A stretch of 64,000 bases of DNA. It comes from an uncultured bacterium. Its GTDB lineage: Bacteria > Cyanobacteriota > Vampirovibrionia > Gastranaerophilales > Gastranaerophilaceae. The position numbers and the translations under genes were made by a program. Where the stretch lies: positions 2,713 to 66,712 of the forward strand of contig CADAYE010000002.1 of the NCBI GenBank assembly GCA_902792085.1, read 5' to 3'. Below, in pieces: positions 19,001 through 29,462 of the stretch (position 1 is the stretch's first letter; each line of letters begins with the position of its first letter). The notes beneath the pieces are model-generated. The model was not told the origin of the DNA. It ran no database searches and saw nothing but the letters and a program-made list of their open reading frames with translations.

Positions 19001-19521
19001 AGTCAAAACTTGTGGCAAAAGAAAGTTTCGTTTATCCGTTTGAACTCTTTGCGGATTTGGTTATCGGGTATTCTTATGCAGAGTTGAAATCATATTACAA
19101 AGCATCCTCAATTCTATACGAGGTAGTTAAAACTTCAAAAGATAAAGGTCTTAATGCTGTAACATTTATGGCATGGTATGTTTTGAGTATTATGAATATG
19201 AAGCAGGGCAGATTTGATATAGCATACGGAATGTTGAATAACTCCTCAATTCAAATGGAAAAACTTGGTGGAGTTAGTGACTACCTGATGCTTCTTATCA
19301 AGTTTAATATGTTTAAACTTATGAAGTGTCTGAAGGTTACGGATAAAGCCGATATATGTCTTGCACAAGCAAAATATATAGTTAAAAAATACGGATTAAA
19401 TTTCAATACGGATGTTGATATTGACAAGTTTCTTGCAGATAATAATATAGACTTGTCGGATTTGCCTGAAACAAAAGATCTTGATGCGGTGCAATCCAAC
19501 GCCGGGGATAGCGACCAATAA
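16012..19521 (+). CDS. Multi-zinc-ribbon protein with degenerate cyclase-like and STAND/AAA-like region plus C-terminal helical (TPR-like) repeats
   Basis: Eight CxxC pairs in the first ~70 aa. The following region resembles the zinc-ribbon, cyclase-homology, AAA and TPR architecture, but lacks the metal Asp and has no clear GxxGxGK P-loop. Confidence 0.55.
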   Translation: MECPKCGAEIDKSAMVCPNCKKVLKIVCPVCRTVNEKNICKKCGEVLVVKCSNCGKINMMKNQKCIKCGHSTEISAIQAESNADTFAVVKIEFPNYDVIKTALGSNQLFTKFKANIDKMINGFALSHSIRRQIVKNGIYLLRFNKAYTMSSSANSAIEGVIELAKQITRLNVKLINKKNIFLKTNFTIMKRDADKDPYDIETGFQANMLNQSNDKSARALESCQVTTDDDFEEFYSKTYKMESLDSALVNGRMKRFFEINIKEFIPIDDYVKEAMAEEEEANPEVPNFVNEGMLAQDKIVERTIEEVNEIAGEDLYSVELINFDEINCAFYTTENVKVLDNITEVLQEVPKGIIGIKGSNMYQPYTISVLANVSQLGLYQNIIPITCHDNMKYSPYSFFRELVSSIFDFTVSQKLFNTNDFSSFSAFDSGNLLKDLINLKQRGMDNLEDTRQKYFEVFLSLLQSIPETLIYVENFEKIDSSSMFVLGLLFDHFEEMKISCILSYDKEFSLHKYNHFLLSRPYYTEITLIPTTFENIVEAGGDYYSNIKNDFFFKRISKYAAGSTLFIDYAIQYLIESEVYTFENEKIELLNAKTTMIPSSLKLMMQRRLNLMKDDENSLKLLSMCALLGPRVDSRTAESLGIEGWRTLAEELSKRGFLYFYNDSIYFPNYNILRENILKIYDKDKIKELASELFEKVFTEQMPAPEKASMYSVLGEHQKVISEWENLANLDLSMGDFSAYLNCSGQLIKALDKNAKDWSKEELASYKSTIYENIANNMFEYDPEQTREIADKTLEDLQKSQDKDNFTDLCTKMIQGALNHGEYLYALGLTHKILTAMNDASIDPSAKNFDLKFLLMSIVHIKILFGIGAFNDCIDIGYNVFNALESSKLDSIEYTLISKEDLKYLLSEAIAYVALSDILTLREDVNELLSIVNKLYDFVPKEYNIFVKLQDLIKGNEVSVTDSDKGKNPFTEIVYHIIKTFTQHKDNPKEMAKEIYKSKLVAKESFVYPFELFADLVIGYSYAELKSYYKASSILYEVVKTSKDKGLNAVTFMAWYVLSIMNMKQGRFDIAYGMLNNSSIQMEKLGGVSDYLMLLIKFNMFKLMKCLKVTDKADICLAQAKYIVKKYGLNFNTDVDIDKFLADNNIDLSDLPETKDLDAVQSNAGDSDQ

Positions 19522-19575
19522 TTAATAAAAATTATATCCGTTTATAATAAAGTGTTCAAAGGAAAGAGAGGAAAA

Positions 19576-21024
19576 ATGAAAATTTTATTTGCAGCAGCTG
19601 AGGTTGCTCCGTTTTCAAAGGCGGGCGGTTTGGCAGATGTTGTCGGCAGTTTACCGAAAGAACTTGAAAAAGATGCGCAAATTGCGATTTTTACACCTTT
19701 GCATGGGCTTATAGATAAAGAAAAATGGGACATTAAAGAACTTGAAAATTCGCAAATGTGGCTCACAATGGGTTCTCAACCTCAAAAATTTAACCTCTTT
19801 ATGACTAAACTTCCGGGTACTGACATAAATGTGTTCTTTGTAAAAAACGATTGGTATTTTTCACCGTTTAAGGAAGTTTACCCAAAATATTTAGACCCTC
19901 GTTATGAACACGAAAGATATATTTCATTTTGCCTTGCGGTTATGGAATACGCAAAGCAGCTCAATTTCAGAGCAGATGTGATTCATGCAAACGATTGGCA
20001 TACGGCTATGATGCCAATGTATTTGCATTCAAATTACAAATTTGACCCGTTCTGGTCAAATACAAAATGCGTATTTGAAATTCACAACCTTGCATATCAG
20101 GGAGTTTGGTTTGAGGATGTAATTGATTATGCAAATATGAGAAAAGATATTGTTTATAATCAATGGGGATGTGAACACTATGGAATGGTTAATTGGATGA
20201 AAGGAGCAATAAATTATTCCGAAAGAGTTGTTACGGTTTCTCCGACATATTCAAGAGAAATTTTAGGCGGAGAATACGGAGAAGGACTTGATTATACCTT
20301 GAGAATGTCGCAGGGTAAATTGAGAGGAATTTTAAACGGTATTGATTATAGCGCGTTTAATCCGAAAACAGATAAGGCTTTAGTCAAAAATTATGATATA
20401 AATTCAATGGACTTAAAAGAAGAAAATAAAAAAGCGGTTTGTGAATATTTCGGCTTGAAATATAATCCCGAACGCCCTCTTATTGCATTGATTTCTCGTC
20501 TTGTCGGGCAAAAGGGAATTGATTTAATCAGAGATATGCAGTATGAATTGCAAAATCTTGATGCGGATTTTGTATTTTTGGGCAGTGGAGATAATGCTTA
20601 TGAAAACTTATTCATTTGGCTTTCAAATAACACTGCAAATATACGAACTTATGTCGGATACGACGGAAAACTTGCTAATCTTATTTATGCAGGAAGCGAC
20701 TTTTTCTTAATGCCGTCAAAATTTGAACCTTGCGGTTTGAGCCAACTTATAGCAATGCGTTACGGTTCTTTACCTATAGTAAGAGCAACAGGCGGACTTG
20801 AAGATACTATTACAGGTTATCCTTTAGATAACTCAAACGGATTCAAGTTCTGGGCATATAACGGTTGGGATATGCTTAATGCAATTAAATGTGCGCTTTG
20901 GGTTTATAAAGATAAATATGTATTTAATGCAATGCGAAAATCAGCAATGGAAGCAGATTTTTCTTGGAAACGAAGCGCAAAACAATATCTGGATATGTAT
21001 CGTGAAATCACAGGACTTAATTAA
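19576..21024 (+). CDS. glgA: Glycogen synthase GlgA
   Basis: MKILFAAAEVAPFSKAGGLADV contains the KxGGL motif. C-terminal FEPCGLSQL...ATGGLEDT. The ATG at 19576 is preceded by a GA-rich SD. Confidence 0.95.
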   Translation: MKILFAAAEVAPFSKAGGLADVVGSLPKELEKDAQIAIFTPLHGLIDKEKWDIKELENSQMWLTMGSQPQKFNLFMTKLPGTDINVFFVKNDWYFSPFKEVYPKYLDPRYEHERYISFCLAVMEYAKQLNFRADVIHANDWHTAMMPMYLHSNYKFDPFWSNTKCVFEIHNLAYQGVWFEDVIDYANMRKDIVYNQWGCEHYGMVNWMKGAINYSERVVTVSPTYSREILGGEYGEGLDYTLRMSQGKLRGILNGIDYSAFNPKTDKALVKNYDINSMDLKEENKKAVCEYFGLKYNPERPLIALISRLVGQKGIDLIRDMQYELQNLDADFVFLGSGDNAYENLFIWLSNNTANIRTYVGYDGKLANLIYAGSDFFLMPSKFEPCGLSQLIAMRYGSLPIVRATGGLEDTITGYPLDNSNGFKFWAYNGWDMLNAIKCALWVYKDKYVFNAMRKSAMEADFSWKRSAKQYLDMYREITGLN

Positions 21025-21027
21025 AAT

Positions 21028-21056
21028 AAAACGGGGTTTTAACCCCGTTTTTATTT
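21028..21056. terminator. Bidirectional terminator
   Basis: AAAACGGGGTT / AACCCCGTTTT palindrome with T-runs on both strands. Overlaps the stop of the cyclase gene. Confidence 0.75.
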
Positions 21057-23054
21057 TTCCAAATCTATTCTCAAAACTTCATATATATCCATTTTTTTAG
21101 ACTTCCCTCTGATTTGCACTTCTTTTATTTTTATAACATCAGCGCAGTCTGCAATATAATTATATGTTGTAGAACTTACCAAAAGATTTGTTTTATAAAC
21201 TTTATTATAACCTTCAATTCTGCTTGCAAGGTTTACGCTGTCACCGATTACTGTGTATTCCATTCTGTTTTCTGTTCCGATATTACCTATAAAAACTTCA
21301 CCTGTGTTGATTCCGACACCTATTTCAAAACGAGGTCTGCCCTGTTCAAGCCACTTTTCACGCAGATAATTAACTTTTTTGAGCATTTCATAGGCACATT
21401 TTACGGCTTTTTTCGGATGATTTATATCCTGAATCGGTTCCCCAAAAATTACCATAATAGCATCCCCGATAAATTTATTGATGACGCCGTTATATTTGCG
21501 AATAATAGGTTCCATTTCGGCAAAATACTCATTTAGTATTTTTGAGACTTCATCAGCGGGCATTTTTTCACTCATACTTGTAAAACCTCTGATATCTGAA
21601 AATAAAACTGTTACAACGGCTCTTTTACCGCCTAAACCGAGGTTTTCAATATCTTTTACGACATTTTGCATTATATCCTGAGAAAGATATTTACCCATTG
21701 CATTTTTAATTTGTTCTTTGTTTCTGCTCTCATTGAGGAATTTGAATGTGTATGCAAAAACGGAGGTTACAAACTGACATACAAGCGGAGTTGCGTATGC
21801 GGTTATATAGCCGTTAAGCCCCAAAATCGCAATCGTAATAATATATACAAAATCCATTCCAACAAGCAGAATAAGTCCTTTTATAAATCTTGCCCGAAGG
21901 ATTACAACAAATGCAGGAATACACAAAAGGAAAAACAGTAAAATATTCACAAATAAATTTGCATTTTTCAGCATAAGCTGAGAATGAAGATTATCATAAA
22001 CAGTTGCCTGAATATCTACTCCGGGGTGTCTTGTATACATTGGAGAACGCAAAACATCCGCACCCGGACCTGATATATTTTCTCCGATAAATATTATTTT
22101 ATTTTCAAATAATGCAGGGTCAATAAGTGCATCGGCTCTTTCTGTATTATACAATTCAGGAGCAGTTTTCGGTGTAAGTCCTTTTTTTAGAGCCTTATAT
22201 GTATCTAACAACCTAAAAGCAGAAACGGAATTGTGGGAATAATCCAATTTTGTGTCACCGTACCACATAAATTTATAGTATCTTATCGGGCTTGAAAATA
22301 TTCCGTTTTCGTATGTGTAAGGAATTTTTAGCCCTGTTTTCGGGACATAAATATAATCGTTTTCTATAACAACTTCATTTGTGTCATTTGACATAAGATA
22401 CATTTTAAAGGAGAGTGACGGGTAATATGCATCTTTTATTTTTACAATATTTATGGTGTCAAAGACAAAATCAGATGTTTTGTCCTTTTGAATTTTTACA
22501 GAGCCGAAATGTTTTGTGCTTTTAATCAGATTATCCGAATAATCAAGAACCCCGTTAAGTTTGGTTTTGGAATTTTTACGGGCATCACTTGTGACTGACA
22601 AAGCATGATTTCTTTTAAAAGATTCTATAAATCTTGTATCCAACCCATCAAAGTCTTCTTCAGGGACAAATCCAGATACAAGTTTATCCATTTTAGACAC
22701 TTGTTTTACAAATTTAGGTGCGCTGTTTTTTTCGTCATCACGAACAGAGATATATGTAATATCCAAACCTACGATTTCAGGCTTAGCGTAGGTGTAAAAA
22801 TAATCAAGCAAATCTGTTATTATAAGTTTTTCCGAATCGTTTCGCCAATTGTATTTTTGGTGTGTGTTGTCATCAAAAACAACTTCTATAATGTCATTGT
22901 TTGCAAATATGCCGTTTGAAGTGATTTTAGACAGTAACAAACTGTTTGCGTGAGGCTGGATAAATTTATCTGAAATTAATACAAAAATCAGTATTAAAAG
23001 CAGATAAAATAAAAATGAATACAGATAAAATAACTTATTTTTTAACTTTTCCAT
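21051..23054 (-). CDS. CHASE2-sensor class III adenylate/guanylate cyclase
   Basis: C-terminal VTVLFSDIRGFTSMSE ... FIGDAIMVIFG ... GDSVNLASR. An extracytoplasmic region is followed by 3-4 TM segments. The ATG at 23054 follows an AGAGGTG SD; the track start at 23066 is a GTG inside that SD. Confidence 0.9.
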   Translation of the reverse strand: MEKLKNKLFYLYSFLFYLLLILIFVLISDKFIQPHANSLLLSKITSNGIFANNDIIEVVFDDNTHQKYNWRNDSEKLIITDLLDYFYTYAKPEIVGLDITYISVRDDEKNSAPKFVKQVSKMDKLVSGFVPEEDFDGLDTRFIESFKRNHALSVTSDARKNSKTKLNGVLDYSDNLIKSTKHFGSVKIQKDKTSDFVFDTINIVKIKDAYYPSLSFKMYLMSNDTNEVVIENDYIYVPKTGLKIPYTYENGIFSSPIRYYKFMWYGDTKLDYSHNSVSAFRLLDTYKALKKGLTPKTAPELYNTERADALIDPALFENKIIFIGENISGPGADVLRSPMYTRHPGVDIQATVYDNLHSQLMLKNANLFVNILLFFLLCIPAFVVILRARFIKGLILLVGMDFVYIITIAILGLNGYITAYATPLVCQFVTSVFAYTFKFLNESRNKEQIKNAMGKYLSQDIMQNVVKDIENLGLGGKRAVVTVLFSDIRGFTSMSEKMPADEVSKILNEYFAEMEPIIRKYNGVINKFIGDAIMVIFGEPIQDINHPKKAVKCAYEMLKKVNYLREKWLEQGRPRFEIGVGINTGEVFIGNIGTENRMEYTVIGDSVNLASRIEGYNKVYKTNLLVSSTTYNYIADCADVIKIKEVQIRGKSKKMDIYEVLRIDLEK

Positions 23055-23113
23055 ACTTAAAAGCACCTCTTAATAATTTTATGATATAATAAATTGCGAA
23101 AAAAGGATAGATT

Positions 23114-23719
23114 ATGAACATAAATTTACTTGATAAGTTGAAAGAGAATAAGGTTTTTCCGATTATACGAAGCAAAGATCCTGTGCAGATTATAAAAACA
23201 TCAAGAGCAATAATTGAAGGCGGTCTTGATATCATTGAAATTAATGTCGGAGATTCAAAAGTTTATAATGCAATAGAAAAATTATCAAAAGATGCCATAA
23301 TTTGTGCCGGCGGAATAATAACATCACTTCAGGCGCAAGTTGCGATAGATTGCGGGGCAAAAATAATTTCTTCTCCTGTATTTTCAACAAGTCTTGTAAA
23401 AATTTCAAAAGACAGACATATCCCGTTTATTGCAGGAACCTCAACTGCAAATGAAGCATACAGGGCTTGGCAGGCAAGAATACCGGTTGTAAAAATTTTC
23501 CCTACAACAGCATTAGGAGGTGTTGAATACATAGAAAACATTTTAAGACCTATGCCGTTTTTGAATATTATTGCGCAGGGTGATGTAAAATTAAATGAAG
23601 TTAAAGCGTACATCAATGCAGGTGCAGTTGCAGTCGGTATAGGTAGAAATCTGACAGCAGGTTTTAATTGTGAAGAAATAACTCAACGAACTAAACAACT
23701 TTTGGGCAGTCTTAAATAA
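23114..23719 (+). CDS. eda: KDPG/KHG aldolase family protein (Eda-like)
   Basis: VFPIIRS...EGGLDIIEIN...VVKIFP (Schiff-base Lys context)...GGV pattern. 201 aa. Confidence 0.65.
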   Translation: MNINLLDKLKENKVFPIIRSKDPVQIIKTSRAIIEGGLDIIEINVGDSKVYNAIEKLSKDAIICAGGIITSLQAQVAIDCGAKIISSPVFSTSLVKISKDRHIPFIAGTSTANEAYRAWQARIPVVKIFPTTALGGVEYIENILRPMPFLNIIAQGDVKLNEVKAYINAGAVAVGIGRNLTAGFNCEEITQRTKQLLGSLK

Positions 23720-24732
23720 TGAAAAAAAGATTTGTTATATCAGGATATTACGGCTTTAAGAACTTCGGCGATGAGGCGATTTTATCTGTTTTGGTCAATA
23801 AGTTACAGCAAAATAAAGATTCTGTAACGGTCATTTCTTCTAATCCTGAATATACAAAATCTTTGTACCAACACATAAGTGCAATCAAGACATTTGATTT
23901 TAATAATATCATTCCTGCAATTTATAAATCGGATATTCTTATTTCCGGAGGCGGAAGCCTTTTGCAGGATGTTACAAGTCTTAAAAGTTTAATATATTAT
24001 CTTCTAATTATATTTATTGCTCTATTTTTCAGAAAAAAAGTAATAATTTTTGCGCAAGGGATTGGCCCGATAAATTCCCGCTTAGGAGTATTTTTTACAA
24101 AAATACTATTAAAAAACTGCACATATATCAGTGTAAGAGATAAAAAAAGCCATGAACTCATGCAAAAATGGGGAATAAAATCCGACTTGCTTTGCGACCC
24201 GATTTTTTCGGTTAATGTTCCTGATAGTGCAAAAAACAAAACCGTTGCAATACAGTTAAGAGATTTTAAAGGTATGAGTAATGATTTTTTGGACAGACTT
24301 GCGGATTCTGTCAGCAAAAATTTTAGTGATTATAATGTCGAGATATATTCTTTTCAGGATTCTATCGACCTTGAAATATGCAAAACTTTTGAACAAAATC
24401 TCAATATGCTAAATCCCGATATTAAAACAACAGTATTGGCGGGCATGAGCAATAGTGAGATTATAGAAAGTCTTTCAAAATCCGAATATCTTATATCAAT
24501 GAGATTTCATGCAATAATAATCGGACTGCTTGCAGGTGTTAAAACGCTTGGTATAAATTATGATGTAAAAGTTGAAAAACTCGCAAAAGAGTTTAATCTC
24601 CCGCTTATTGATTTAAAAAATGATTTTGGCAATAATTTTGAACTTTTAAAATCACAGGATTTGGCATTAATTAAAGATAAAATTTCGCATATAAATTTTG
24701 ATTGGACAGGTTTTGAAAATGCTCTTATTTAG
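23719..24732 (+). CDS. csaB: Polysaccharide pyruvyl transferase CsaB
   Basis: ISGYYGFKNFGDEAIL ... ISGGGSLLQDVTS is typical of CsaB. An SLH protein is also encoded in the window. Confidence 0.8.
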   Translation: MKKRFVISGYYGFKNFGDEAILSVLVNKLQQNKDSVTVISSNPEYTKSLYQHISAIKTFDFNNIIPAIYKSDILISGGGSLLQDVTSLKSLIYYLLIIFIALFFRKKVIIFAQGIGPINSRLGVFFTKILLKNCTYISVRDKKSHELMQKWGIKSDLLCDPIFSVNVPDSAKNKTVAIQLRDFKGMSNDFLDRLADSVSKNFSDYNVEIYSFQDSIDLEICKTFEQNLNMLNPDIKTTVLAGMSNSEIIESLSKSEYLISMRFHAIIIGLLAGVKTLGINYDVKVEKLAKEFNLPLIDLKNDFGNNFELLKSQDLALIKDKISHINFDWTGFENALI

Positions 24733-24846
24733 TATCAAATTTTTCTTTCATAAGCAATAGCAAATGTATTAAATAATTACTTAAGATGCAAAACAATGGC
24801 AACTTTATACTGTGATATTATATGTAATAATCAAAATGTAAAAAAA

Positions 24847-24875
24847 GTGAAAAAAGTTTTTTCTTATTGTATAAT
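24847..24875 (+). promoter_or_regulatory. Candidate promoter of atpD-atpC
   Basis: GTGAAA, then 17 nt, then TATAAT with an upstream TG (TGTATAAT at 24868-24875). About 50 nt before the atpD ATG. Confidence 0.45.
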
Positions 24876-24885
24876 AAACTCGTAG

Positions 24886-26337
<1,452 letters not shown>

Positions 26338-26345
26338 AAAGAGTA

Positions 26346-26445
26346 GTGAATTGTGAATCGCGAGTTGTCGTTATCGGGATTAAAGCACATTTCGCAATCC
26401 ATAAACCTGTAAAGGTCAATTCACTTTTCACAATTATCTATTCAC
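26346..26445. repeat. Inverted GTGAA/TTCAC repeat structure in the atpD-atpC spacer
   Basis: GTGAA at 26346 and 26353. TTCAC at 26420, 26427 and 26441. Inner core GAATCGCGA...TCGCAATCC. Confidence 0.5.
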
Positions 26446-26461
26446 ACTAAAAGGTATTTAT

Positions 26462-26863
26462 ATGAATTTAAAGATAATTACACAGGAAAAAGTTGTATTT
26501 GATAATGATGTCGATGAAATCTACACAAGAGGTGTAGATGGGGAATTCGGCATTTTGAAAGGTCATGTTCCTGTTATGGCTGCTTTGGATATAGGGGTTA
26601 CAAGAGTTAAAATAAATAACGAAACAAAGGCTTTTACCACAATGGGCGGAGTTTTGCAGTTTAAAGACGAAGAATGTCTGATTTTGACTACTCTTGCAGA
26701 ACCCGGGGAAGAAATAGACGAAATGCGCGCAAGAGAATCATTAGAGCGTGGGCGCAGACTTTTAAAAGAAGCCAATGCAAAAATAGATTCTAAAAGAGTT
26801 GAAGCTTCTATTGCAAGGGCAAAAGCAAGATTAAAAGCAAAACTTAACAATGCTGATTTATAA
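26462..26863 (+). CDS. atpC: F1 ATP synthase epsilon subunit
   Basis: 133 aa. Typical epsilon N-terminal beta-sandwich (GEFGILKGHVPVMAAL) and C-terminal helical hairpin. Follows atpD. Confidence 0.9.
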   Translation: MNLKIITQEKVVFDNDVDEIYTRGVDGEFGILKGHVPVMAALDIGVTRVKINNETKAFTTMGGVLQFKDEECLILTTLAEPGEEIDEMRARESLERGRRLLKEANAKIDSKRVEASIARAKARLKAKLNNADL

Positions 26864-26885
26864 ACTTTAATTAAAACTAAAAAAA

Positions 26886-26917
26886 TAAAGCGGCAAAATT
26901 TTGCCGCCTTATTTTTT
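26886..26917. terminator. Bidirectional terminator
   Basis: GCGGCAAAATTTTGCCGC palindrome flanked by an A-run and a T-run. Confidence 0.75.
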
Positions 26918-26935
26918 AATGTTTAATAATTGAGC

Positions 26936-28339
26936 CTATGCTTTTCTTTTTCTGATTTTTTCAAATATCAAAAGAATCGTACAAATCACAACGCAAATAA
27001 TTGTAGCTATCATCCAGAATGAAATTGCACCATTCCAGCCGAATTTATCGACAAAGAAGCCCGTTCCGCTTGCAGATAATGCAGCACCGACATAACCAAA
27101 AATTCCTGTGAATCCGATAGAGGCAGATGCTACACGCTTTGAACTGCTTTCAACTGCACAAAGTCCGCCGATTAACATTTGAGGACCTGCTGTAAATACC
27201 CCTATCATTGCGGCATAAACATAATCCAAAACTTCAAATATCGGTTTGCCTGTCGGGTTGGTTGCAAACAGGAATAAACTTAAAATCAACAAGCATAAGA
27301 ACACAATATTAACGGGTGTTCTGTTGCCTTTGCAGAGTTTATCAGATATTACCCCTGCCATAATTGCACCGGCAGAACCCACGAGAGCGAGTGTACTCAA
27401 TTTTGCACTCGCAATCGGCAATGTATTATTCTTAACTTCAACAAGATATTTTACAAGCCAATCTTCCGTACCAAAACGAATGATATAGACAAAAGTATAA
27501 GCAATTGCAAGCATCCAGATAATCGGGTTGCACAAAATATGTTTTTTGAATATCTGAACATAAGAAACATCTGCCTGCTCATCTTTTTCTTCTTCTTTAA
27601 CAGGTTCGTTATTGTATTTTTCAATATCGGGCAATCCCAAAGACTGAGGTTTATCTCTAAGTCTGTTAAATAACCAGAACCCTGTGATTAAGCATATAAT
27701 TGCAGGTACATAAAATGCAGCCATCCAGCCAAATCTGTCAATTACGATACCTGACAGAGCAACTGATGCAAAAACACCGATTTGGTGAGAGGTTGACCAA
27801 ATAGACCATTTTGTACCTCTTTCAGAATTTGAAAACCAATATGAAAGGCTTTTTGCAACAGGCGGGAATCCGCATGACTGAAACCATCCGTTTGCGCCCC
27901 AGAAAAATGACAATAGCCATAATAACACTGTTGCTGACGGCAACCCGAAGAAACTTATATGACCGGGAGTTACAAATAATGCGCTTAAAACAAAACAAAT
28001 ATTACAAATTGCCGACAAAATAAGAGCGGTCGGCAAAAATGTTCTTACGTTTGATTTATCGGCAATAACACCGTTTACAAATTTCCCGATACCATAAGTT
28101 ACATACAAAGTTGAACCTAAAATACCGAGTTGAGTATTTGTAAGATTTAGAGCCTGTCCCATAGAAGGAAGTGCGACAGCAATATTTTTTCTGCACAAAT
28201 GAAAAACTACATAAGCGATAAAACTTGAATAAAAAATTCTCCATCTCCAGTGTTTATACATTGATGCGACTTTTTGTTCATCTTGTATCGGTTCTGCTGC
28301 AAGTGGTTCTGCAAAAAAAGCCCCTAATTTTTTAAACAT
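26936..28339 (-). CDS. MFS organophosphate:phosphate antiporter (GlpT/UhpC family)
   Basis: YKHWRWRIFYSSFIAYVVFHLCRKNIAVALP ... ADKSNVRTFLP ... WFSNSERG parallels the GlpT N-terminal signature. Confidence 0.8.
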   Translation of the reverse strand: MFKKLGAFFAEPLAAEPIQDEQKVASMYKHWRWRIFYSSFIAYVVFHLCRKNIAVALPSMGQALNLTNTQLGILGSTLYVTYGIGKFVNGVIADKSNVRTFLPTALILSAICNICFVLSALFVTPGHISFFGLPSATVLLWLLSFFWGANGWFQSCGFPPVAKSLSYWFSNSERGTKWSIWSTSHQIGVFASVALSGIVIDRFGWMAAFYVPAIICLITGFWLFNRLRDKPQSLGLPDIEKYNNEPVKEEEKDEQADVSYVQIFKKHILCNPIIWMLAIAYTFVYIIRFGTEDWLVKYLVEVKNNTLPIASAKLSTLALVGSAGAIMAGVISDKLCKGNRTPVNIVFLCLLILSLFLFATNPTGKPIFEVLDYVYAAMIGVFTAGPQMLIGGLCAVESSSKRVASASIGFTGIFGYVGAALSASGTGFFVDKFGWNGAISFWMIATIICVVICTILLIFEKIRKRKA

Positions 28340-28372
28340 TTATTATTTTCTCCTTGTTATAGATTAAATATA

Positions 28373-28446
28373 TGTCATTCCGAATTTATTTCGGAATCCC
28401 TTCCTTATGCAAATTTAGGAGATCCTGAAACAAGTTCAGGATGACA
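28373..28446. repeat. Double-hairpin palindromic element closed by TGTCAT...ATGACA
   Basis: ATTCCGAA-tttat-TTCGGAAT (28377-28397), ATCCTGAA-acaag-TTCAGGAT (28422-28442), and outer arms TGTCAT / ATGACA. Confidence 0.7.
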
Positions 28447-28452
28447 CAATTA

Positions 28453-29370
28453 TTATTTATTATTCTTTACTATCTGCACATTTCTTGTTTCAGTGAGCTC
28501 GGTTCGAGCATTTTTGAGAATTTCTCTTTTCTCATCATCAATGCTGTGACCGTTTGCAAGCCTGTCAATAAATCCTGTATTTATCCTTGCCGCTTTTGAT
28601 AATGCGCCTATTTCTTCCAAAACAGGTTTTATTGCTTCAAAATCATATCCGAAAGTTTGTTTTGAATTATAAATAAGCAAATCTCCTTCTTCAGAAGTCA
28701 AAGGTTTTCCGCCCAAATCGAAGTATAATTTGAATACCGATTTCAAATCTTGTAATTCAGACTGCAGGGTTGTAACAGTATTTTGTATTCTCAAGAATCT
28801 TTCAAAAAGATATTCGACATTTTCAAGTTCTTTATTTGCCCAGTCGTTTCTCTGAAGATAAAGTTTTTTTAATTTCGGATAAGCAAGCGCAAGCCCCATA
28901 GTATCACCCATTGCTCTATGATGGTCTTTTAATTCTACTTTAAATTTATCTGTCAGTGCATTTAGTCCGTGAGCATCCAAATCAGGATAAATTTCTTTGA
29001 ACATTTGCTGGGTATCAATTCTTTCATTTTCAATGCTTTTGCCTGTAACTCTTTTTGCGGCTTCATTAATAAATGAATAGTCAAAGATAGCATTATGGGC
29101 AACCATAGGGTAATCCCCCATGAATGCCAAAATTTTAGGCATGACTTCTTCTTCTGTCGGGGCATCTTCAACCATTTCAGGTGTAATTCCGTGAATTGCG
29201 ATACTTGATTTTCGTATATGTTGTTGGGGATTAATCAAAGTTTGAAATTGGTCTTTAATTTTGCCGTTTTCAAGTCTTACCGCAGCAAATTCAACCATTT
29301 TTTCTTTTGTGTAATCAAGCCCCGTTGTTTCAGTATCCAAAACTATCTCAATTATCTTTTTTCTTGCCAT
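28453..29370 (-). CDS. DEDDh 3'-5' exonuclease (DnaQ/epsilon-like) with C-terminal extension
   Basis: LDTETTGLD (ExoI), HNAIFDYSFI (ExoII) and HRAMGDT (ExoIII). Confidence 0.8.
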   Translation of the reverse strand: MARKKIIEIVLDTETTGLDYTKEKMVEFAAVRLENGKIKDQFQTLINPQQHIRKSSIAIHGITPEMVEDAPTEEEVMPKILAFMGDYPMVAHNAIFDYSFINEAAKRVTGKSIENERIDTQQMFKEIYPDLDAHGLNALTDKFKVELKDHHRAMGDTMGLALAYPKLKKLYLQRNDWANKELENVEYLFERFLRIQNTVTTLQSELQDLKSVFKLYFDLGGKPLTSEEGDLLIYNSKQTFGYDFEAIKPVLEEIGALSKAARINTGFIDRLANGHSIDDEKREILKNARTELTETRNVQIVKNNK

Positions 29371-29462
29371 TTCTCTATCCTAAGTATTCCTACTTTAGAT
29401 AATAGCATAAAAATATTTTCTATGTTAAGATATGTCATGTTACAAAATTATGGGGAGGAATT

